In this document: in pieces, positions 13,697 to 25,209 of the stretch
How the letters are laid out: each line of letters starts with the position of its first letter
Numbering within the stretch: position 1 is the stretch's first letter
Assembly: GCA_951406725.2 (NCBI GenBank)
Contig: OX597815.1
Coordinates: 86,738,001-86,802,000, forward strand
Direction of reading: 5' to 3'
DNA from: Octopus vulgaris
Taxonomy: Eukaryota
DNA length: 64,000 nt
Made by a program: the position numbers and the translations under genes
Notes under the pieces: model-generated
What the model was told of the DNA's origin: nothing
What the model saw: the letters and a program-made list of their open reading frames with translations, nothing else
Database searches by the model: none

Positions 13697-14037
13697 TGGA
13701 TGTGTGGTAAAGTAGCTTGCTTATCAACCACATGGCTCCGGGTTCAGTCCCACTGCGTGGCACCTCGGGCGAGTGTCTTCTACTATAGCCTCGGGCCGAC
13801 CAAAGCCTCGTGAGTGGATTTGGTAGACGGAACCTGAAAGAAGCCCGTCTTATATATGTATATGTGTGTGTGTGTGTGTTTGTCCCCCCACAACATCGCT
13901 TGACAACCGAAGCTGGTGTGTTTAAGTCCCTGTAACTTAGCGGTTCAGCAAAAGAGACCGATAGAATAAGTACTAGGCTCCACTAAAGGCGGTGCTCCAG
14001 CATGGTCACAGTCAAATGACTGAAACCAGTAAAAGAG
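13697..14037 (+). mobile_element. SINE family A
   Basis: GTGGTAAAGTAGCTTGC...CCGGGTTCAGTCCCACTGCGTGGCACCTCGGGCGAG...GACTGAAACCAGTAAAAGAG. Confidence 0.9.
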
Positions 14038-15964
14038 TATTTTCTGAAACTGTAAATAGAGTCTAAATACAGAATTAGAACAATTCGTGCTAAGAATACC
14101 AGAGAAGCTACAGAGAAACAATGAAAAGAAAGAAAAGAAAGATTTTCGCGAAAGAATGAAAATATCAAAACACACAAAACAAATAAATATCTATAAAATA
14201 AAACAATAATGCTACAGAAACGGCCATGATGGAGAAGAATATAAAAATAACAGCTCAGCAGAGGAAAATAAAAAGCAAACAAACTATGACAAGTACCATG
14301 TAAAAACACAAAATTAATTAAACAAATACTCAACCATAATAAATATATATTTGGAGCCCAAAGAAAACAATGAAGTTAAATAAGATATATATCACAAAGA
14401 TTAATTACACTTAGTCAACAATAATAAAAATCTAACAAAACAATTTGAATTGACTATAACAAAATCAATAACTATGAATCAACAGGAACACCTGCCCAAG
14501 CTATTAATAGAAAAATAGACAGCTATTCTTCAGATCACATCTTACTGTCTTAAAAAAAATACAAGGTCACGTAGAAACTTTCTAGGAACAAAAAATACGA
14601 AATAAAGAAAGTGTGAGCATTGCTGTTGCGTATTTGTTCATAGATTGGTTACACAACATGAACTTCACGACTATGGACTTTCCAACAGCTAACAGACAAA
14701 CATCTGCAAGAAATAGTAACTGAATACACGTCCCTTCAAGAAAACCCTTCCACAAAAACAATTTGATCACAATCTGTTCAGTAGCAATGGTAATATCCTA
14801 TGTTCGGCAAATTAAAGACACATATAGAGAATAAAATTAATTAAAATCCAAAGCAAGGACCAAATCTGTAGATGCCGAATATATACAATCACCAATATAC
14901 ACAGCCACAACAATAGCATATTCTCCACCTCACACCTAATGATAAAATAAGTCAATAGCACATTATAACAAATGAATGAGCAAATACCAACATCCCCCTA
15001 TCCAAGTTAGAAACAAAGAGCTCTCCAAAAATAATAAATGTAATATGATCTTGCAACAAATGCTTTTGCTGTAGCAAATCGCCCTGAATAAAGAGAGACA
15101 GAATGTTCTGATATATTCCGTAGCAGTGTTAGTGGTGTGATAAAGTCTACTTAATCGTTACAGAATCATATCCACAGCCAATTTCCACCCGAAAAACAAA
15201 ACAACACTTTAAATTGATGTACCGAAAGTCGCTTGTAAAAAGCAACACATACATTTAACTGAATGTTTTCCTTTTCTTAGAAAAAGAAAACAGACAATTG
15301 GTAGTGGCTGTTTCATTAAATTTAGGATTATCTGCTGAAAGTTAATTTAAATACTTAGAAGAAAGGTCAGATCCCTTTCAACTGATCAAATAGGTTTGAG
15401 CATATTATGCACCCTGGTGGAGTCTAGTACAGACTGCAAGATATGATATTGCTTTCGAAACAAACAATTTCTAACAGCTGCACTTTACCATTACCAGTTC
15501 TAAATACTTTGCTAGTTGACTGTTCTTTTGCTTTAACAAATTAATTGAGGTCATGGCTTTAGGAATTGCAATGTGATTACAATACTGACATAACACTGAC
15601 AATGGTCTTATTTATTAACATATTGTGGTTTTTGGTTGATGTCATAGTACACCTGCTGCATGTGGGTGTCTTTAATAAATTGTAGTTGGTAATAAGATAG
15701 CAATCTAAGTCCCCTGCAAAGTAATCTTAGAGAAGCATTTCTCTTTTCGCTAAATAATATTCGTAGCAGTTGAAAATAATTGAAGACGTTGTATCGTCTG
15801 CCATATGAATATGCATGAACATTTTCGTATCATGGCTTTCATTTTCTGTCAGACAATGCTAGAAATATACAGAAAATAATGTCCCTAGAGTCATGTTGTG
15901 CCAATATGACTCTTAATCCTGTAACTCAACTAACAGAAGCTACCCATCCGGTGTCAAATTTAGG

Positions 15965-16130
15965 TAATATTATTTCCTACTCTAGGCACAAGGCCCAAAA
16001 TTTGGTAGGAGGGGGCCAGTCAATTAGATCGATCCCAGTACGCAACTGGTATTTAATTTAATCGACACGCGAAAGGATGAAAAGCAAAGTCGACTCGGCG
16101 GAATTTGAACTCAGAACGTGAAGACAAACA
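15965..16130 (-). mobile_element. SINE family B, partial
   Basis: Reverse complement of ACGTTCTGAGTTCAAATTCCGCCGAGTCGACTTTGCTTTTCATCCTTTC... Confidence 0.85.
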
Positions 16131-16660
16131 AGATAACAAATTGAGATAATATTGTACATGATATTGACAGTGCACTGTTTTAATTTTACAAGTTTTCGTT
16201 GACAAATCCGCTGAAATTGCTCTTCCTTTTTATCAGTTACTATCATATATCTATCTTAACAGCTATGTGTAGTATGAAACGATTATGAAAGTTGCTTAAT
16301 CTCATAATTATCCATTGCGTACTTTAAAAATGAGTCATAGTATTGATCTTAATTGCTCCTCATTAAACTTTTTGATATGAAACCCACTCACACCCAAAAT
16401 ACCTTACTTGTCGTTTGATGTGAGTTAACTGCAACGTAACATCGTTAAACAGCAATTTAATATAATATCATGATTTTTCTTTGTGTGTGTGTGTGTCTTG
16501 TCATAGGTTATGATATTATCAACATATTTCAAAAGATTGCTTTATGATTTCCAGAAATTCTTCAAATGTTGAGAGACTTCCGAAAACCGAAAGCTTATAC
16601 CGATATAAATCATTTCTAAAAGATTATGCAATGTTGGTGATACTAATATTCAGATCTATT

Positions 16661-16878
16661 AAGGTGGCGGGCTTACAGAGTCGTCATCACCCCGGCAAAA
16701 ATGCTTAGCGATATTTCGTCCGTCTTTAGGTTCTAATTCAAATACCGCCGAGGCCGACTTTGCCTTTTATCCTTTAGGGATCAATAAAATAAGTACCACT
16801 TGAGCATTGGGGTCGGTGTAATCCACTTACTCTCCTCCCCCGAAATTGCTGGCCTTATGCCAAAATTTGAAGCCAGTA
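16661..16878 (+). mobile_element. tRNA-derived SINE family B, full-length
   Basis: AAGGTGGCGGGCT...GTTCTAATTCAAATACCGCC head; central GACTTTGCCTTTTATCCTTTAGGGATCAATAAAATAAGTACC box (Nin/Deu-domain-like, from memory); imperfect TSD ATTCAGATCTA/ATTCAAATCTA. Confidence 0.85.
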
Positions 16879-18727
16879 ATTCAAATCTAATTTATTACCA
16901 ATGCCAGATTTATTTAAAATTTTCGATAATGCATCAACAGTAGTTATTTAATATTGTCTTCTCTGTAAGGCCGTTTCAGTTACGCGTTTATACACGCGCA
17001 AACGAACGCAGCCCTCGTTCTTTTGTACAGCAATATATGATTAAACCTAGCAGTGGAACCAGCATATTATCAATGATGTGCAATTTCACAAAACAATTTC
17101 TTCTTCTTCTTCTCATTTCATTATACGAAATGTTATTTACCTTATAGATTGTATTATTGATTATAGATCATCGATGATTAATAATTTTAACAGTCTTTTA
17201 ACTGACCGATACTTCAGGCTATTGTTTAGTGACTGAATCATATTTTCATATTTTTCTGTTGACAGTGTATTATTGTAGTTTATTTTAGTTAATAAAATTG
17301 AAGTAAATGCCTCATAAACCACTAAACCATCATAGATTTGGCAATAAATATCCTATGAATACGGTGAATTGAGCCAATATTGAATGTGACATAAATAGCT
17401 CCTAGTAAAGCTAAAGGTGTAGCTGACCTATAGGGAAATATCTTGGATTTGAATGGTAGAATAAGAGTTTCAGAGTTTAATCCCTTGATCTTATTCAGTG
17501 TCGTTTCATCAACTATATTACCTGTTGCTGAATAATCAATAATGAATGGGGTGACTATTCCATCAACTTATTTTAGCTCATCGCCATCTTCAATCTGAAA
17601 TATAAATTCATTGTCACTGACAGGCAGTGTTTTCCCATATAACGCATTCCAATTGTCTTCCATACTGGCGTGGTTAAAAGTGTTTGTAAAACTGCGAAAA
17701 TGTGGTCTCAGATTTGCAAGTGCTCACGAAATAGTCGATAATTTTCTTAACATATTCGTGATTTAATATCTTACTCAAAACATATTTTTTTTATGTAGAT
17801 ACTGATACAATGAAACTGCCAAATCGAGTTCGTATTGTCTTCATTGTAACCAATACATTTGCTTTTTTCCATGCTTTACAATTATATGTGTACCAATAAT
17901 CAACTTTTAAAGTGTGGTGTTGGGTACTTGAAACAATTTTATTTTCAGTGTGATTTGTCTTTTCAATGAATAGATCCATTGTTGCTGTTTTTGTATTTTT
18001 TACTCGGGTAATACAACTGAGGACTATTTGACTCGGCGCGAAGTACACTGGAACATACTCTTCTCTTCAGTATTTTTACTAATTACATAGGACGTTAGTA
18101 AGCTATGAATTCGCGTCATCCTCTCAAATGAATTTAATAACAGAATCGCCCTTTCTCTGTTGTCATTTATTGCAGCTGTCTCAAATGCATTTTTATTGTA
18201 TTGACCCAACTCTTCCAAGCGTGTGCAAATGTATCTGGCGAATTTGCGACGTTGAGTGCTGAGGGTAATCTTATCTCACTTTCGTTTCTATTATAATACA
18301 CCTAGCGATGTGATTATTCAAAGCCTGATAATGGATTTTAACTGTGACGTGATTAACTAAAATAAAAGTGGGATTTCGAGAATTGAATAGCCAAGTTCTT
18401 TCTATTGAAATCTTCACCATGATAAATAGAACCCATCACTTAAACATGAACACTTAAATACGCAACAGTAGCATAGAGATGTTATTTATTCTAAGATATA
18501 CTAAAGGCGATATACATCAGCGTATACAGCACAGATATATATTGTCTCAAAGATTCTGGCAACGATACAGTAGAGGCGTCCTTACGAGCTAAGGAAGTCG
18601 CCAGCAAAGAATCGATTTTCAGTCAATGCACGCCTTGGTGTTATATTTTGTAGTTATTATTTTTATGAGAAAACAAAAGTCTGTTAATGGTTAATGTTAT
18701 CGTAACTGAAGTAATTTGGTTTTCTAC

Positions 18728-18845
18728 CCACTACTACTATCACATACATTAAGAGTATGTACACATACATTAAGAGTATGTGTACTCTTAATGTAGAACT
18801 TATCTGGAAATTGATAAACGTTTTCTGGTTTGATTAATAGTTCTC
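18728..18845 (+). repeat. Dispersed repeat shared with 20571-20660, with a local 21-bp tandem duplication and an inverted copy
   Basis: CCACTACTACTATCA...GTGTACTCTTAATGTAGAACTTAT...AATTGATAAACGTTTTCTGGT occurs at both sites. Confidence 0.8.
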
Positions 18846-19319
18846 AGTTATTTGTCAGGGAAAGACGAACGAGACTGTATTACTTCCAGATGCTCGTCTA
18901 CCATTGCTACTAAAATCCATTTATCCAAATTAGTAACCCATTAAACATCATCATAGTAGAGCTACGAACTATATCATGCACTTCCTTCTGTTTCTGCTCC
19001 TCAATGATCGATTCAAATACACTTCTAAACGTACTATCACCTCCAAAACATTTAATATAATGAGTCAATCCCTTTATATGAATATTTTTTTTATCTGAAA
19101 CGAGTGCTCAGTTAATGAGTTACTAGCCCTTTTAAATGAGCTCCATTTCTAGATGTCATCATTGTTTCCATTGTTGATGATCTTCGTTATCATTCTTGTT
19201 GTTTTCTAATTTACTGTGCTTAAGCCAGTCGCTTCATTCGACTTTTTGCTGACATTTTCAACATGATTGTTGTAGGTCTTGTAAATGTTAACACCGTTTC
19301 TGCCAGTCCATAACTATAA

Positions 19320-19548
19320 TAATAATAATAACTCTGTCTACTATAGACATGAAGTCTGAAATTCTTTTTTTGGGGTGGATGTCTAGTCAATTACATCGAC
19401 CCAAGTGCTCAAATGGTACTGATTTTAACGAACCTGAGAGAATGAATGGCAAGTCAACCTCCATGCATCTGAACCCAGAACATGAAGACTGACGAAGTGG
19501 AGCTACGTATTTTTTTCAACGGAGTAACTATTCTGCCAGCTTATTGCC
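19320..19548 (-). mobile_element. SINE family B, degenerate
   Basis: Family B body in reverse orientation (TTACATCGACCCAAGTGCTCAAATGGTACT; CTGCCAGCTTATTGCC), flanked by (AAT)n. Confidence 0.75.
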
Positions 19549-19589
<41 letters not shown>

Positions 19590-19610
19590 CATTATTATTA
19601 TTATTATTAC

Positions 19611-20093
19611 CTTGTTTTGTCTTGGTATAAAAGATGGACTACAGCAAATATTCTGCTCAATACCACAGATTTGTTTGTCAGTTGTGTGACCTTAACCAGT
19701 TGACTATGTTCCTTAGTGGCTGTCGATATGTGCAGCTCTGATAACGAGCAGAAGTAATGGGGGAGCATAATAGCCATGTGTTGAGAGGGATTCTTTGGGG
19801 TTAGAATAATTCATCTCTGGAAACATGGGTGTTTCGTTCAATATCCTTAAACAGCTCTTATTCAGGGACCTTTTGAGCGGGATGGGTTACTCGACCAGAA
19901 GAAAATTCTAACTGGGCCCCACCTGCAAGGTCATGCGATGTTTATCTTGATATGAGATCACCATGTCACGCACATATAGTTGTGATGTATGTGCCTAGTG
20001 TACACTTATCAGATGGGTAGTCATGATGGGTATACTGGGCTTCGTATATTTTACCCCAGTGTCACTTTGATGGCATGGACTGCTCTCTCACTC
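19611..20093 (+). mobile_element. TAA-anchored non-coding retro-element 'family D', 5'-truncated copy 1
   Basis: High similarity to 30561-31163 and 57111-57427; all three end in CTGCTCTCTCACTC directly followed by (AAT)n. Confidence 0.85.
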
Positions 20094-20156
<63 letters not shown>

Positions 20157-20179
20157 AAGAAGAAGAAGAAGAAGAAGAA

Positions 20180-20231
<52 letters not shown>

Positions 20232-20235
<4 letters not shown>

Positions 20236-20345
20236 GGGGCTGATTACTACCTAACTCAGATACCAGAAAATTCCAAAATGGAAGAGATTCAAAAAATAGT
20301 GTTCCTGGAAATTGCTCATATCCTACGGAAAATATTGTCTTTGTA
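20232..20345 (+). pseudogene. R4/Dong-type ORF C-terminus followed by probable 3' UTR
   Basis: KGADYYLTQIPENSKMEEIQKIVFLEIAHILRKILSL* matches the IQKxxLLGTAHILRR C-terminus of the 21840-24958 element; starts directly after (AAT)n. Confidence 0.75.
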
Positions 20346-21703
20346 ATCCAAAAATCATTCATTTTAATCTATAAATATTGTCAAAATTACTTTTAAATGT
20401 ACAAACACTTTTTACTGATATCGTAAGATCATACTATCATCTTATAATCAAATTACTTTTAAAACAAACTTCAAACTTTATGTTTTGACAGACATTCTCT
20501 AGAACAATACTTCAAAATCAAAAATATGGTTCCCTAGTCATAACACCAATTTTCACTTCTAACTTTCTGTCCACTACTACTATCATAATGTATGTGTACT
20601 CTTAATGTAGAACTTATATGAAAATTGATAAACGTTTTCTGGTAAGATTAATAGTTCGCTTGAGGTCTATTTACACTTGATCCAGGACTACAGCTCATTC
20701 AAAGAGACAAACTGCAGAAAAAAGAGTTTGACAAAAGCCGATGATACCTACTAACCGCCAAGGGGATGCTAGATCATGCCTCAGTACAAGTCTTCACATC
20801 AACAGGGATGCCCAATCCTCCACTCAGTGCAAGTTGATAACAAGTATACCGCCTGAGTAACGGAACGCACTTCTTCCACATAAAGTGGAGGAGCAGCTAC
20901 TCCAGTCCCGTAAGACACGAGCTGGGCAACGCACGATAGCTTTCTCTCGACGAATTTCTGGGTGAGATTGCCCTCGCTGCTCGTCACCTTGTTTCAGTTT
21001 TATACTTGGAGATCTGAAACAAACCCACTTGATAGCACATGCATTATCAACGCACCAATGCAAACTGATTACAATCTTGTGAAGAAGTGACCTGTAAAAC
21101 TTAGGAATTACGACGATGTTCAACTGGAAACATTTAAGAAAATTAAGGAATGTATCTATCACCCCTTTGAAATTAACGTAGCTGGAGTGATACCAAAAAC
21201 TTTCTTGGGATACTGCTGAATAAGATATTAGGATAGACATAGGTAATTTCTAGATAGCAGCAATTCTATGGTCTATACATATTATATTACTAGGACATTC
21301 TTTCACAAAATATACTAAGCTTAAACAAATTTCTTAACGTTGAGCGTTCCCGTTAGCCGTAAACACTCTTTGTAACGCTGAACACTGCAATGCACCTTTT
21401 TTCATTGGCTATATTTCTTAATTTTATACATTTTGGTTAACGATCATCACCATCGTTAACTTTGCACATTATCATATTTATATTTTCTCCAGGATGATCT
21501 GCATTCATGATTCAAGAAGAGAACTCGTGAGTTTTATCTTTCTTTTCTGGAAATCGTGAATAAGGAAATAAAAAATCCTTTTGTTCTTGGCAATAGAGAC
21601 ATCACAAATACATACAAAGAGTTGTAAACAAAATAATTACAAATACATTCGAATATACATTATTTACATTTGACGGATATTTGTCCTCGTCTTGTTTGTT
21701 GTT

Positions 21704-21750
21704 AACACAACGTTTCGGCTGATATACCCTCCAGCCTTCATCAGTTGTCT
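21704..21750 (-). ncRNA. Minimal Penelope-type type I hammerhead ribozyme with intact core
   Basis: Minus strand AGACAA-CUGAUGA-A-GGCUG-GAGGGUAUAU-CAGCC-GAAA-CGUU-GUGUU: perfect 5-bp stem II, palindromic ACGU stem III, GUU triplet. The sister copy at 25267-25312 has GACAC 5' (pairs GUGUU) but a mutated core (CUGAUUU). Confidence 0.75.
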
Positions 21751-21839
21751 TGGGGAAATTTCGAACCTGGGTTCTTATTCCTAAGGTGTTTTTCCAAGTT
21801 GTCGTTGCTGTTGTTATTATTATTATTATTATTATTATT

Positions 21840-24800
21840 TTCAGTAGTTTTATTTTTATAACGTGCTTTCACTTCACTACCGAGCGCAGCTCTGTGTACC
21901 TTGGGTATGTGCTATGATTTGTTGTGATGCTCTGATGGTTATTGTATGGAAAGTGTTCTGCGTAGGATGTGTGCAGTGCCTAGTAGTGCAATTTTCTGTG
22001 TTATATGTGTTTGTAAGTCCTGGTGTTTTTGTTATGTATTTGTCTGAATATTTTTTTATCATGCCTAATGCACCTACTATGATAGGAATTGTTTCTGTTT
22101 TTAGATTCCACATTCTGGTTACCTCTATTTCCAGGTCTTTGTATTTTGAAACTTTCTCCATTTCTTTTAGAGACACGATGTCATCTGCCGGTATTGATAC
22201 ATCAATTAGAAAGCATTTTTTTTCTTCATGATCTCTGACAACTATATCTGGCCTGTTGGCCTTAATTTCTCTATCTGTGTGTATCGGCATATCCCAGAGT
22301 ATGGTTGCTTTCTCGTTTTCTGTGACCTTTTCTGGTGTGTGCCTATACCATCTTTTTTCTGTTGTTATTCCATAATGTTGGCATAGCTTCCAGTGTATGT
22401 AGGTTCTAACTCTGTCATGTCTGTGAATATATTCCTTCTTAGCCAGGACTGGGCAGCTAGAGATAATATGATTTATTGTTTCTTGTCCATCTCCACATAT
22501 TCTGCAGTTACTTGTTATATTTCTTTTCATTACATGTTTTTGGTAATTTCTGGTGGGGAGGCTTTGGTCTTTTGCTGCAATTAAAAATCTCTCTGTCTCT
22601 GCTTTGAGTCCTGAGCTTCTCAACCACTGCTGGGATTTTTCTTTGTCTATTTCTTTTGCGTTTAGTTTAGTCCAGTAAGGGGCTTTTCTTGCCATCGTTT
22701 TATCATGGTTCGTTGCTGTTCTATTATTAGTTTGGATTTCATTTGTTTTATAGCTTTTGTTGTTTCTTTATCTTCTTCTTCTTCTTCTTCTTCTTCTTCA
22801 TATTTATTAGGTGGTATGATTTCTTGTTTGTATTTGTCAGCTTCCTTAAATACTGAGAAGTTTTTTTTGTTTTGCTCGTGTTTTGCCGCTATTTGTATCA
22901 GTTTTCCTTCCTTCTGAAGTAGATATTTTTGCAGTCCTATGGTGGTTATTTTATAGTAGTTTTCCAGCTGTATAAGGCCTCTACCACCTTCTATACGTTG
23001 TATATATCGTCTTTCTATGTCAGATTCTGGAGGATGCATCCTAGATCCTGTCATTATTTTTCTTGTTTTCCTATCTATTTTGGTCAGTTCATTTAGTGTC
23101 CAGTTATGGATATTGTAGCTATAACTTATAACTGGGACAGCTAAAGTGTTAATACCTATTATCTTGTTTTTAGCATTGAGCTCTGTTTTTAGTATTGATC
23201 TAACTCGTCTATAGTATTCTTTTTTTTTTTATTTTCTCTTTCATTTGTGTGTGTTGTGTCTTATCTAGTTCATGGATTCCTAAGTATTTGTAAGTTTGGC
23301 TTTGGTCTAATTCTTTTATTTCATTGGTTTTATCTAGTGTGGTGTTGCTACTCTTAACTAGTTTTCCTCTTTTCATGGTTACTTTGGCGCATTTTTCTAA
23401 TCCAAATTTCATATCTATTTCTTTGGTAAATCCATTAACTGTCTTTAATAGCGTTTCCAGCTGTTTGTCATTTGCAGCGTATTGTTTTAGGTCATTCATA
23501 TATAAAATGTGGCTGATCGTTTTGCCGTAACATTTATATCCGCATCCAGTTCTATTTAGCATATCAGATAGAGGTGACAGTGCCAAGCAGAAAAGGAGTG
23601 GGGAGAGCGTGTCTACCTGGAATATTCCTCTTCTAATGGGGATGGCTTTGGTTTTCATGAGTCCCTCTTTTGTTTGGAGCTGTAGCACTGTTTGCCCTTT
23701 ATTCATAGAGAGCCCTATGAATTTTATAATTGTTGGTGCTTCTTTGTTAATGGCTAGTGTTTCGAGGATCCATATGTGGGGGATGCTATCAAACGCCTTT
23801 TTGTAGTCGATCCATGCCATACTGAGGCCTTTCTTCTTTCTGTGGCTGTCTTCAGTTATGGCTTTTATTAATTATTAGTTGATCTTTACAGCCATATGAG
23901 CCTTTGCGGCATCCTTTCTGCTCTTCTAGAAACAAGGTTGTTTTCATCCAGGTGCTTGTTCAACCTTTGTGATATCACTGCAGTAAATGCCTTGTACATT
24001 GTAGGGAGACAGGTTATTGGTCTGTAGTTTTCTGGTTTTGCTGTCTCATTTGATTTGGGAATTAAGATAGTTTTCTCCTTCGTGAGCCATTCAGGCATTG
24101 TCTCTGGCTCTGCTAGTATGTTGTTAAAGTTTTCAGCCAGCTTTTTGTGCATTCCTGTTAGATATTTCAACCAGAAGTTGGGGATCTTGTCATGCCCAGG
24201 TGCCTTCCAGTTGCTTAGTTTTTGCAGTGCCTGGGTGACCTCTTCAGTTGTTATGGGGGTCAAAAGTTGTTCAGATGCCGAGTTTGTTATTTTGATACTC
24301 CTTTTTTTGGCTGTTCGTTCGCCGACCATATTTCTCTCCAGAATTCTTCCAATTCTTCTGCCGTTAGTGCTGCAGTGATTTCTATTTTATTTTTGCCAAG
24401 TTCTTGGTAGAACTTTTGGGGATTGGAGATGAACTTTTTGTTTTGTTCAAAGAAGCGCTGGCGTTTCTCATACCGGCGGATCCTTTGTGCTTTGGCAAGG
24501 ATATCTTGCTTCAGCTTTTCTTTTATCTCAGGTAAATCTTTTTCTGTGATGTTATATATGCGGAGTATTTTTGTTTTCTTTTTGTTGCTCAGTAGCGTTG
24601 ATTGTCTACTGATTTCATTAAGAATCGACAGATCTTTTCTCATTTTTTAAATTTTGTTTTGGATGTTATTTATCCACAGGGTTTGTTTGGGTGGTGGTAC
24701 TCCTGTTTGGATGGGTTTGAGTGAGTATCCAACTTCTTTTGTGGCTGCAGTGGCGGCTGCGTATACTAAGTCATTTAGCTTAGTGATATCGCTTTTTGTT

Positions 24801-24958
24801 TCAGTGGCTATTAATTCCGTGACGACTAGGTTTATGCTGTTTATAATTGGTGTTGTTGTTTCGTCTATTTTGATTTTTGGGAGGTATGGTCGGTGGTCCA
24901 TTTTGAGCTCTGTGGTTTTCAGTTCTTTGACTATTTTACTTTTTATATTATCATAATA
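21840..24958 (-). mobile_element. R4/Dong-clade non-LTR retrotransposon (RT-CCHC-RLE), 5'-truncated and frameshifted
   Basis: ORF pieces NWKAPGHDKIPNFWLK, NYRPITCLPTMYK, WIDYKKAFDSIPH, RRGIFQVDTLSPLLF, HILYMNDLK (YMDD mutated), KYLG, CRICGDGQETINHIISSC, RHD, PDIVVRD...LIDVSIP...KVSKY (PD-D/ExK). Flanked on both sides by (TAA)n, the known Dong target. Confidence 0.95.
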
Positions 24959-24972
24959 TATTATTATTATTA

Positions 24973-25028
<56 letters not shown>

Positions 25029-25030
<2 letters not shown>

Positions 25031-25168
25031 AGTGACTGCCTGGAATCGAACTCGGAATCTTGGGATTAGTAGCCTGCGCTCTTAACCACTATGCTATATG
25101 CCCGTAGTGGTTAAGAGCGCGGGCTAGTAACCCCAAGATTCCGAGTTCGATTCCAGGCAGTGACCTGA
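25029..25168. other. Head-to-head pair of tRNA-Thr(AGU)-like Pol III heads
   Basis: Minus: GGGCATATAGCATAGTGGTTAAGAGCGCAGGCTACTAATCCCAAGATTCCGAGTTCGATTCC. Plus from 25104: GTAGTGGTTAAGAGCGCGGGCTAGTAACCCCAAGATTCCGAGTTCGATTCCAGGCAGTGACC. A box TAGTGG, B box GTTCGATTCC, loop CTAGTAA. Confidence 0.8.
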
Positions 25169-25173
25169 ATAAC

Positions 25174-25209
<36 letters not shown>

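Noticed and set aside
17522-17594. Exon-like segment on the minus strand (tttcag...CAG/gtaata)
   Set aside because: Stop codons in all three frames and no partner exons; a non-coding exon cannot be supported without RNA data.
17791-18218. Two adjacent minus-strand ORFs (64 and 85 aa)
   Set aside because: No recognisable domain or splice structure; probably decayed TE sequence or chance.
25029-25168. Possible genuine tRNA genes
   Set aside because: Acceptor stems do not pair well, the anticodon differs between the two copies (ACT vs AGT), and both run into a repeat body, so they are SINE heads.
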